Shown here in pieces: positions 27,201 to 38,437 of a stretch of 64,000 nucleotides of DNA. The notes beneath the pieces are model-generated. The model did no database searches and was not told where the DNA came from. It worked only from the letters and a program-made list of their open reading frames with translations. A program made the translations under genes and the position numbers. Position 1 is the stretch's first letter; the number at the start of each line of letters is the position of its first letter. Source of the DNA: Thalia democratica (taxonomy: Eukaryota); NCBI GenBank assembly GCA_965202585.1, contig OZ241834.1:39866001-39930000 (forward strand). The letters are read 5' to 3'.

Positions 27201-29401
27201 AAAAAGCACAAAAATAAATGAAAAATATTTGTGTGTGGGTTAGTTACTAACCATTTTTTTTTTTGATAAAAGTGTATATTTTCAAGTATTCACCAAATAA
27301 AATTATTTTCAACTTTGTTTAAATTTGTTTAAGGGCTTCCATAAGTTCGTAGAAAAAAATCAAAAAATATATATAGGTTTGAAACAAATTTACCCAGTGA
27401 TTAATTTCAAGTGTAATATGGTTATAACATTTGTTTTAGAATAACAGTAAACTACAAATAAACAAAGAGATCTCTTTTCTTCAAAAAGATAATAAGTAAA
27501 AACTTATACACTTGTACAGTTTTATAGAACATATTAGGTTGAAATTTGAGCTCCAAGTAAAAGTAAGAAGATATAGAGATTAACATGTGTTTCAAACAAA
27601 ATAAAACAGCTGAATAATACTTACTATCAATTTAAATAAGTTTGTTTAAAAAGTTTTGGGTTTTTTCATGATAAGTTTCATTTATTATAAGTTAAAATAA
27701 AACATAAATAGTTGCTTCTCAGTTCAAGATAAATGAATATTAACATAAAGGTATTAATAACTTAAAAAATAATTAGACTATCATACATGTTTCATAATAA
27801 TTACTTATATTTTCAAAATAAGTAAGCACAACAACAGATTTTAACTTTCTTATCAATTAAAACTTAGAGTCAATGTTGTTAAAATAAAAACAATTAAACT
27901 ATTTAGAAAAATGTATATATTCATAATTAAAATTTGTTTTTAAATACAATTCCTATGTCACCATAATGCTATATATATTTAACATAATCAAATAGTATTT
28001 AGATTTAGTTAAAACGTTCTGTGACTAAAGTTGAATATTAAAATAAGTTATCATTTTTTAATGTTAAAAGTTTGAAATAAGATTTCAATACTTCTCTTCA
28101 TATAATATTCTTATAAAAAATTTCATTATCAATAAAAGTGAATTTATTAAATAATAAAAACATTACTTAATTTATGATTTTAAGTAAACTTTTATAAGGT
28201 ATATTTTCAAAAGTAAATATTTACCTTTTATTTAGAATTATTTTATTAGTTTTTAGAAACATTTTCTACAAGTACAATCTATTTAGGTTTGATTATAACA
28301 AAGTAATTATATCAAGTCAAAATACTTCAAATAAAATATTACTTATAAAAATTAAATAAACCACCTATTTTAAAGTATGTATTCCTTTATTCCATCGTTT
28401 AAGATATGTTTTATTATTAAATGATATGCTTAAATTAGATTTTTTTATAAAAGTATACATAAAATATAAAAAATTAAAGCTTTAAATTCAAACATGAAAC
28501 TGAAATTTTCTGAGCAATAATAATGCAAAATATAGTTTTATAATTTAAATATATTTTGTTTCTACTAAAATTTTTGTGTATAAATACAAAATAAACTACT
28601 AGCATAATCTAGTTTGCAAGTTATAAATAGTTATTATGTCGTCATAAAGCTTTATGTAAATCTCCTTTTGCCAAGATGCATATGCTGACAGTCAAGTTTT
28701 TCCCTTATGAGAAATATAAACAAATAGTAATTCAATAGTGAAGTTAAATTTAACTGAATTCAATTTTTCATATGTTTCAGTAAATTTTACGTCAAGTTTT
28801 ACTATTTTTATGAAACTATTTTTCTTTTCTAGTAAATTTACTTAAAACATTTTATGTAAAAAAATTCAAATAAATTTTTGTAAAATTCTACTTGCTACAG
28901 TATGTTAATTAAATAAAATGAATAATGTTAATTTTCAAATATAATTTGTCACTAATAGTTAAAATTTGTATTTGATTTTAATTTATTTAATTAGGCACTC
29001 TTTATTCAGGCTTTAAAACAACAAAAAAAATTGAATTATCTCTGTAAGAGAATGTATTAATTTTTTTTGTCTAAATATAGACAGCAAGTATTATTGTTTA
29101 ATAACTTTTATTACAGTAATTTTTCATCTTTGGTTTTTGTTTCTAATTTTCATATAAATAGTTATTTGCGTGTCAGGTTAAGTTTTGATTGAAACTACTT
29201 TGCAAGCATGTTAAATTTTTTCAGGTTCCAGGTCTGAATCAGGAATCTCTGGCATCTGAGATGTCGGACGCGTCAAAAGACGAGTTGTTGGAAAGAATCA
29301 GGACGTTGGAAAGCAACAACGTCAAGTTGAACAAGTATGTTGAAAATTTGCTGCAAACTGTGCTGGAGAGAGACCCTACTTTGCTGGAAATAAAAAAGTA
29401 G
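15256..29401 (+). CDS. RAB11FIP3: Class II Rab11 family-interacting protein (FIP3/FIP4/nuclear fallout type), about 466 aa
   Basis: Exons 15256-15467, 15618-15836, 17341-17370 (micro-exon), 18520-18637, 21287-21499, 23617-23786, 26109-26370 and 29225-29401 total 1401 nt with consistent phases. N-terminal EF-hand-like region (DPSKKGQINYQDFCEAI), long coiled coil, and C-terminal FIP-RBD (SLASEMSDASKDELLERIRTLESNNVKLNKYVENLLQTVLERDPTLLEIKK), matching the FIP3 motif SLAAEI...L..YID.I...I.E..P.ILE.K. FIP3 versus FIP4 cannot be resolved. Confidence 0.9.
17341..17370 (+). CDS. 30-nt symmetric micro-exon of the Rab11-FIP gene (adds YTRRSYNIRR)
   Basis: tttacaatag|atatacacggaggtcttacaatataagaag|gtgagt. 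Phase 2-2, stop-free and in frame between exons 2 and 4. Confidence 0.65.
20102..20887. mobile_element. Degenerate hAT-like element interrupted by a TTAA-flanked MITE
   Basis: The left end cagtcattcttaacctggggg is roughly inverted by agattaagaagcgcag at the right. No target-site duplication recognised. Confidence 0.3.
20259..20746. mobile_element. TTAA-flanked fold-back MITE, copy in Rab11-FIP intron
   Basis: ttaa|ggccataggggag... to ...cctcccccttggtc. Shares internal motifs (aaaatctatctcct, aaataagatcaa) with the copies at 24417 and 46639. Confidence 0.6.
21710..22065. mobile_element. Tc1/mariner-type MITE, 356 bp
   Basis: TIRs CAGTACACTACCGCTTAAGTACGCA and TGCGTACTTAAGCGGTAGTATACTG, flanked by TA on both sides. 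Confidence 0.85.
24417..25107. mobile_element. TTAA-flanked fold-back MITE, second copy
   Basis: ttaa|gggtaaaggggagtc... to ...ggactcccctatggcc. Internal segments are similar to those at 20259 and 46639. Confidence 0.6.
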
Positions 29402-32400
29402 GCACACATCGTGGCACCCAAACCGAGCAATGTGGATGCCATAGCAACTGTATGGATGGTTTTGGGGACCATAGCAACCAAATACCTGATACAGGCATCC
29501 AAAATAACGATGCAAGCTTCGATTTTTGGTGGCTTTTCTGGGATATTTTTTTAGATGATATTTAAGTTATACATTTTGGTTGCTAAATAATTTAATAAAA
29601 GTTTATGGCCTTCAAATAAAAACCTGAAATTTGGCTAATTGTTCATCACTTTAATAAATGTATGGTTTAAGTTTTAAAAATAAATTAGTATTTTTATTTT
29701 TTTCATTCTATTTTATCATTCGTAAGATCTTACTAATTACTTCAAAAATTAATATTTCTTACAATTTATTTTTGCAATAGTTTCCGTACACTTTTATTAA
29801 TATGTACTATAATTTAATTCTTTTATTGTAAAAATTTTAAGCACCTTGCCTCTAAAAGAATAAAAGAAGCAATAAAAGCTTTTTAAAGTTATTAAATATT
29901 AACTAAAAAGTTACTAAAGAATTTTTTTCTATTCTAAAACTTATAAAACTCATTACTTAAACAAGTGTCAAAAATTTTAAAGCTAAATAAAAATTCAATA
30001 ATACAACTTTTAAAACAAAAAAGTACTTCTTTATTTTATCAGATAGTAAAAAGTACAAAATTCGTACTTATACGCACTGTAAGCTTACGTTAGTTTTTTT
30101 AAATCATTTAATTTTGATATATAAAACATTATGTATTTTTTAATATTCAGACGCCTGAATGAATAGTGCTTTCAATTTTTCATATAAAAATTTAATTCTG
30201 TGTTTCTGTACTTGCAGTTGAACTACTTTAAAAGCCTTCATATTATTATATAAGTTCATATTAAAAATATATATATATTCTAAATGAAATACATTTTATC
30301 TGCAGTTAATTAAATCTAGCGTACAATTTTTACAATTGAAACTAATTTAAAAATGGATTTTGTGATGAAATATAGTACTTAAATATTATTAAAAGAACCA
30401 ATATAATAGTTTAAATTAATTCAACAAACATTTTAAAGTAACATAATTAAATTCACAAAATTTAATTCGAGTTTTCTCTTCACATTTCGATCCATGTTCA
30501 ATTAAATCATTGTGACGTAATAATAGCTTTAGAAGCGATTTAAATATTGCTGAATTGAAGGCAGCATTTCAAAAGTGTTACTGATTGAATTATTACCTAG
30601 ATTTCGATAAAAAGGCATAAATTTAATCATTTTTACTTTTTGATTCGTGTTTTACGATTAAATTTAAATTTTCTTGATTAAATGATTGAACTTTTCAACT
30701 TGAAATTTGACTTTAATAGTTTTTGGATAAGTTTTAAATGATCATGTTATTTATTTTGGTTAGATTTGTTTTTGATGAAATTAATCTATTTTTTAAATTC
30801 ATTTTTATAAATAACAGTTACATGTTTCTAGATTTTAGTTTGTTCAAAATTGAATTCAAAAAAATAATACGTTTGAACTTGTTTAAACATAAGTTTTTAG
30901 ATTTTTTAAACTCTAAAGTCACATAAATATTCTAAAATAAATATAATTTTGTATACAAAGTAATTTTTTAAGATAAAATTCAATTACAATTTTTTTCACC
31001 ACATAAATTATATTTTATAATGTAATTACTGTATTTTGTAAACATGCAATTTCATACTTCATTGAGTTTAAAAAAGATTAAAATTTGAAACTTTAATTTT
31101 AATACAACTTCAAATTATTTTATTTCAAACATTCTTGTTAGCATTTCAACAAAATTAGATAACTTATCAATAATTGATTAAAAACTGCAAAAGAGAATTA
31201 TACTTCAGCGTTTGAGGCTTTCTAATGTGTAAAAAAAATTAAAAAAGCTACAAGTTTATTTTGAAAAAAAAAAATTAAGTTTTTTTAAACTAATAACAAA
31301 GTTCAATTTTTTTTTTCGTATTTGATAAATTTAAAAAAAGAGTTTTTCTTAAACTTCATTTTAATTATTTTAAAACGCTAATTAGTGGTTACATTAACTT
31401 TAAACACAAATTTTGCCTAAATATAAACAAATAGAAATACAAGTTTACAAGGTATAAAAATAGTAACTTTTCCGGAATTTAAATAAATTACATAACTTAC
31501 TATTTTCCTGCTTTAGGCTATGTTATAAATCAATTCATTACTTTTTGCTTTTCTTGGCTTGTTTTGTATTGGTATATGAGTATATGTCGATTTTATATTG
31601 TTTGTTTAAATTGTTTTTATTTTATTAAAAACCGTATGACTTTGAAAGATGTTTTGAATTGCCTTTAATATAAGTGTTTTCTTTTAAGTACTTAAGTTTT
31701 TACAAATAAGATTTGATTAAACACTTTATTCTTATAAAATTTAGTATAGTTTTGTAATATATTTAATTAAAATAAAACAAGTTTATCATTTTAAGCGATC
31801 TTTTTCACACTGTGTTACAAATTATATTAAAATTTTAATGTTTTTTTGGTGCTATAATTTTGAAAAACGTACTTAAAATAAGAATTTGTTGTTCATTGTT
31901 TTTAAAACCAGTTAATAAAATATAAATTGAACTTTATTTGGAGTTTTTTATTTACGTAAACTGTAAAATTATGACTGGAAAAGTAAAAAATAAGTTTTAT
32001 TGTTTAAATTAAGTCGTAAAAGTCATTTGTTTAGTTTTTTGTTATATTTCATTGATTTATTTATTTAACTTGGTAAAAACAAAAATTGTTTTCAAAAATA
32101 CGAAGATGTAGAAATTAAAGTCTTATTCAGTTAAATTATGGGTAATTAAATAAAATACAATTATAAATAGCTAAAAGTTATAGCTTAAAAAATCTATAAA
32201 GTTTACAGCTGTTAAACTAAAATTTAATTTAATATTTTTAATACAAATCTGTTTTATTTTCAAGGTTAAAATTTTTTAGTATTAAATTTAATTATTGAAG
32301 TTTTGCAACTTTTTTACACTATAACTTGATTATATGGTTACTCATACCTATTTCAATATCAGAAAACAATTTATATTTTCTTACATTTCTAAAACCACAT

Positions 32401-35400
32401 TTTAAGACGTTATTTATTTAATATCACAAAAGTCAAACAATAAGATACAAGTTGAATAAATCTAGATGTTATGTAAATAGAAAATTTAATCTTTTGTATA
32501 AGTTTGTTATTTCAAACTGGTTTTAAGATTACAGTTCAAATAAAGTAGGGATGTTTTCTCATAAATTGTAGTATGGAATAATGTTTTTGTTTCTTTAAGG
32601 TATTGTTAACTTTTTGTTTATTTAGAATCTTAAGTGATGGTAAGCAAATAAGTTTATATTGATTTAAGTTTGTTTTGTAATAAATGTTCGATTTAGTATG
32701 AACACAAAAGATAGTTTAAAATTTTTTAAGTATATAGGTTGAGTAAATTATTTTAGTCCAAGATTTCAAACTAATTAATTTTTAAAATAAAAGCGAAAAA
32801 AAAATTTTTAAACATAAAGTTTTTATAAAAGTATTTGTTTGTTGTTTCATCATATATTACTTAAACTTAAAAATTTCAATTATACAAAGCACAAACAAAT
32901 ATACATACTACTTCTAAAAATGTCTCTATAAATAACTTTTTATTTAATTAACATTTGCTTAATAAGGTTAACCTTTTTAAATTTTAGTAGCGTAAAGTAT
33001 TGAAAAATATGTTCAACTTAAATTTGTATATTTTGTAGAACATTTTTGTGGTTTGGTTGTAATAGTAGCTTAAAAATAAAATATTATGTACATTACAATA
33101 TTCAATTTATACATTGAGAATTAAAAAAAAACTTAATACTGTAAAATAGCATTTTTATATTAAATGATGTTTGTTAAATATTAAAATATTTGTTTATCTT
33201 TTTTATTTGTTTTATTACAACAAAGCGTATTTGTTTGCAGAATGAGTATTTATTTTTGCAAGTTCATAATAAACTTATTATTTTAAAAACTAAATGTTGT
33301 AGAAAACCTAATTGTATTTTTAACTTTTAAAATATAAACTTTATTTTAAATACAAATCATAGGTTTAGAAAAGCAACAAATATATAAATAATTAGTAACT
33401 GTAGAAATTAAACACAATTATTTTTTATTAATTTTTTTCAAAGAATTATTTTTATAATTTTAATGTTAATGAATGATTAAACCTCACCATACAATAAAAA
33501 GTTTATTTTTTAATTCTTTTTATGCTTTGTTAGAAATTAACAATCTTTGACCAACTGTAACAAACAAATATTTTTTTATACAATACCATATCCATCACTT
33601 GATGTTTACCAATTTAGCCTTTCTTATTTTATTATTATGTGATGTAACTATTGTACTTGGTTCAATGAAGCACAAAAAATTGTTTCATTTTTATGGTATA
33701 TGTTTATGCTCAAAATAAATAACTACAAAAACATAATCTATGCAACACCTGTTGTTTTTTAAGTTATAAGTATTATTTCTTTAACAACGTTCAGTAACAA
33801 TAAAAAGTAGTCATTCATAATAAAGGTTAATGCACCATAAATTATTTGGGTCAGTTATTTCAATAAAACCTTATTAAAAAATTGTTTTTATAAGCAAGTA
33901 ATAGTTACTAAAATTATTCAACAAAAAGTGATCAATCTAATTTATATGCAGTTAAATGATCTGAATAGAAAGATGATATTCAAAAAAATATATATTTGTT
34001 AATAACTTTAACGAATTATGTAGAGAGTTTAGTTTAACTCTGAAAATCAAACACAAAGCATATAAATACTTTTAAAAAATTTTAGAGCTTTTATTGAAAC
34101 ATTAATTAAAATAAATTTTAATGTTTCACTTTATGTGACAGCCTAAGTAAAAAACATATTTAGTCATTAACTTATTTTCTACGTTCTATCATTATTTAAA
34201 ATAGTCTCACTTTAAAACGTACAAATTAAAACCAGTCAAAGTGAGTTTACATAAATATAAACAAAAGTTTTGTACAATTAACATACATTAAGATAAAATT
34301 TCTTACAACAAAAATTGTTTCTTAATACAATAAACACAAGGTATAGAGTTAATTTTTATAGTTAGTAAAGTAAAAATCAAACACAAATGAAGTTTTCTCT
34401 AAGTATGATATTAATACTAGTTCTTTTAGCTAAGAAATTTTTTCTGTTAGATTCAGTATGAAATCATCTATTCAAGATTGTCTTAATGATTAATAGTCTG
34501 ACTTAAAGTAAGTTTTTGTAAAAAATTAGACCTTTGCTTAAGATAAATAAAAACTATGCTTCTAATTTTTTTTGATTTGAAGCAGCTTTGAAAGATGATT
34601 TTCAAAGGGTTTTACCTAATATAATTTAATTTTTTACTGACTTTAAAAATGAAAATAGCAACTAAAATAAAGAATAATAATGTAGTTTAGCTATAAAGAA
34701 CTCAAAAAGTAAGTTATTTCAAATCAGACTACTACAATATAATATACTTAAGTGTCAATCTTGACTTATAGCATAAAACAATTAGTAAAGAAAACCAAAA
34801 CTTCGCTATGAAACACTTTAAACAAATGTCGGTAGCTTTAAATTATATCTTAAAACTGTTACCTCTGTGACGTAATACTTTTAAAATAACAAACAAGGTC
34901 TCCTAAATATAGTAAATATTTTAGTATGCTCATTGATTCTAAACAAGCTGCTGTTTTGACAATCTTGAATTGTCAAAATGGCTCAAAGTATTTTCGATAG
35001 TTTTTCGATCTACTTACTGCTTAAATAAATGGTCTACGATGTTTACTTTTGTCAAAATACAGATGATAACTTTATGACGTTTCAATAAATATACAACAAT
35101 AGCAAGCTTTTGAAAAAAATGTAAGTCAAATTAAAACACTTGGGGTGGGTGGGAATGGTTACCTAATTCGAGCATCGATCATGATCACCAGATCAAACCC
35201 CCCATCGTCAATCCAGATTTCTCATCATAAATTCAAGTGTCTTCAGTTTAAAATAGAAGATATTTTAATAATAAATTATTTTAATATTGAAGTTTAGTTT
35301 TATGTAGATAGACTAACAACACTATTACTTTTTCAGTCAGTCTAGTTCTTGGGTCAAATTAACGTACCAAGAACAACTTGATATTAAATAAAAACTGACT

Positions 35401-38056
35401 TTTATTTAGTCGGCAACAAAAAGTTATATTTTGTGTTTAGTCGCTTATTACGTCATAGAAATATTTGCTAACAACGGAAGTTTTTTTTCTTTGTCATAAA
35501 GAGAATTTAGTTTAAAGTTAACATAAGAGATGAAGTTTTTATTAAGTTAAATTCTAAAACGTTAAATTTATATTTTTTAATTGTTTCAAACTAAAATCGG
35601 CTTTGGTTATTAAGTTATTAAACAACAAAACTAAACTCCGTTTCGAATAGTTATGCAAATCATATAACACTTTTAATTGTAAGAAGAATAAATGACTATT
35701 TTAAAGTTTTCAACTAGCTTTTTCTAAAAATACTCCTGTTCCGAACCCATCTTTTAATCAGTAAATATTTTAGAGATCTATTTTCATAAGTTTTAAATAT
35801 TTTTTCCAAGTTTATGTTTTAATTTTACTCTCGTTTGTGATTAATTACATTAAAGTATTAAAAACTTTCCAAACTTATTGAAATTTAGTTGTATTATTGT
35901 TTATTGAACGACAAAAAAAAAGAGCTAAAATCATTTGATCGAAAGACCTGGTGTACAAAAAATTTTTCTGTTATCGACATAATTTGAAAAAAGTTTAACG
36001 TCTTGCATGTTGTGTATAGAAAAAGCACTATAATTTTTTAATAAATTCTTCTAGTTCTTGGTTCAAACCTTTTCAAGCTAGAAAAATTTGCTCATAATAC
36101 AAACTGATTGTAATTTATTCAGTAACAAGCAGTCTTATTTTGTTTTTAAGTATTTTATTACGTCACAAAGATTTTATTTACCTACTTTTAGAATGTTAGG
36201 TTTCATCAACAACATTTTGTCCACAAAAACCAGCACAAACTAAACATTAGTATTACGCTATCCAATATTTACATATTTAGTATCTTAACTCATTTTTATT
36301 GTAAAAACTGGTTTTAATTTTAGAGTTATCTATCTTAAAATTGTGAAAAATATTTGAATGTAAATTAGAATAACCATTCAAAGGAAGGTTTTAATATTTG
36401 ACAATAAACTGCAATTTTTAAGACCTTTACTAATTTTTTTTTAAATTACTACTGTTTTATGTTAAGGTTTTAATCAGTAAATTTTTTAGTGATCATCTAG
36501 CTACTTTAACGAATGCTGTACACTTTCAATTCAAATGGCTTATCTATATTTACATCTTACTAAATATTTCTCGTTTCTGACTAGTTACTTTACAGTAATA
36601 AAATCAGCTTAGAATTATATTTATAATATACTTTTTGACAAATATGTTTGACTATCATCTATTAACTAACTAGGTTTACTTTACTTACAAGTAGCTCAAT
36701 GTAGTTACAAACTTATTCCTAAGTTATGAATAAAACACACTTTGAATAAATGCAATTTACTTTATTTTCAATAATAATTCTTAGTTCTGAAGAAAGAAAC
36801 TATTAAATCACGACAAAAATAAATTCTATAAAAAGTATTAACAATCGTAAAGTTATATAAAATACTAACATCAACTCCGCAATGTAGACGTTTTCTTGTT
36901 TCTCGAAACTAGTAAACAAAACGTCTTTCAAGTAAGTAAAACAACTAACTTTTTTACCGACTAAGCAACTAACGCGTATTTGAAAGACAAACGCAAATAT
37001 ATACGCATTGAAATGAAATCAACTCCAAAAAATAAAAAACTCTTTGTTTTTTAATACTGGAAGCACGTCACGAAAACTGCGAAAAACAGTTTACAACTAC
37101 CCCTTTAAATAAATTTATCGCGTGTATATTGCGACAATCTAATCGAAATAAAAAGTAATATCACCAACAAAGTGATTTTTTTCGGAGCTACCGGACATGC
37201 CTAACTGTATCCTTTGTCAGTTAATCCTACGTGCAAACTTAGGAACAAAGAAATACTTGTTAACATAATAGAATAAATAAATATTTTTATAGCAACAAAC
37301 AGCCATGCGGTGTTCAGTGGTTATTGGACTCACCGAATTGGCTAACTAAATTTTCTAAGTTATCTTAGATAAAATATTTGATCATTGTCTAGAAAAATTA
37401 GTTTTAATGATAACCTTAATTTAATTTTTGTAACTGAGGTTATTTCAAAACTTTTGCTAGAGAAAAGCTGAAAAAACTTGTAAAAAATATTTTTAAGCAA
37501 AAAATTACGTCGTGCTATAAGTTACTTTCAATTTCACCTTTTTTTTTTGTTTTACAACCTTACGTTGCCCACCCTAAGTCTTGCTGCTATAAAAAATCTA
37601 ACAACATTTTCTTTTAGTAAATTCATGTATACTTATATTGATATAAAAGTAATTTATGGTATTGTTTTTACTTTTAGGCATAAAAATGCATAATGAATGG
37701 TTTATTTCATATAATAGGCGATCGTATAGCTTTTATCAAGAAGCAATATAAACAGTAAAGTAAACTTCGTAGAAGAATTTGTTAAATTTAATTTGTTCAA
37801 ACAAGCATTTCTTTACCATTTATACATTTAACTTAAAAGTTTTAAACGTACAACATCACAGTTTTGATTTTACTTAATGGAATAATAAGTTTCATTCTAT
37901 TTAGATAAACAAAGTGCAGTTTATTAATTTGTTATATTTGAAAGTGTCGTAATTTTTTCCCATTGAAACCGGACAATAAATATAATACTTCATTTGCACA
38001 TTTATTATTATATGTCGAAGAAATTAAAAAACATTCAACTTTATTTTTTAATATAT

Positions 38057-38110
38057 GACTATTCCTGCCTGATGAGTCCTAATAAGGACGAAACCGGTCG
38101 TAGGATTGTC
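38057..38110 (+). ncRNA. Type I hammerhead ribozyme, copy 1 (GUC cleavage after 38099)
   Basis: Core CUGAUGA at 38069-38075; 5-bp stem II with AAUA loop; GAAA at 38090-38093; minimal stem III within palindrome ACCGGU; bulged stem I pairing gactattcctgc with gtaggattgtc. Confidence 0.9.
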
Positions 38111-38383
38111 TCGGATGCTGTTGTTGTTGATCTTGCGGTGAAGTTCATTGTTTATTATCGATTGCATAAAACATCTTAACTTCGTTGATGATGGCCGAAA
38201 TAAATACTGGCTAAAACTGATCAAACGAGCGTAGACTATAATCTCACAACAAGCTGACAATGTCTGAGACATTGGGCTGTGAATGATTTAGCTGTGTCAT
38301 TTTTTCAACTTTGCCCACAAACGGTCGCTTCAGTACTTCGTACTTAAGCCCGCTTGTTTAAGATCACAATAGCGGTTTCTCGC

Positions 38384-38437
38384 GACTATTCCTGCCTGAT
38401 GAGTCCTAATAAGGACGAAACCGGTTGTAGGATTGTC
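38384..38437 (+). ncRNA. Type I hammerhead ribozyme, copy 2 (GUU triplet, cleavage after 38426)
   Basis: Identical to copy 1 except C17 is U. Confidence 0.85.

Noticed and set aside
29239-29515. Two antisense ORFs over the last Rab11-FIP exon (one Cys/Gly/Tyr-rich)
   Set aside because: They overlap a clearly conserved sense exon, have no splice or start support, and arise from local GC-richness and the short internal repeat.
35140-35235. G-rich patch (ggggtgggtggg) with ATGATGA on the minus strand: G-quadruplex, C/D snoRNA or exon
   Set aside because: Only three G-tracts, no matching terminal D box, and stops in all minus frames.
38100-38426. 327 nt is a multiple of 3, suggesting endless rolling-circle translation of the circle
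   Set aside because: All three plus frames contain stops, and the one long minus frame (ORF 38048-38272) hits TAA at 38288-38290 when circularised; the other two minus frames were not checked.
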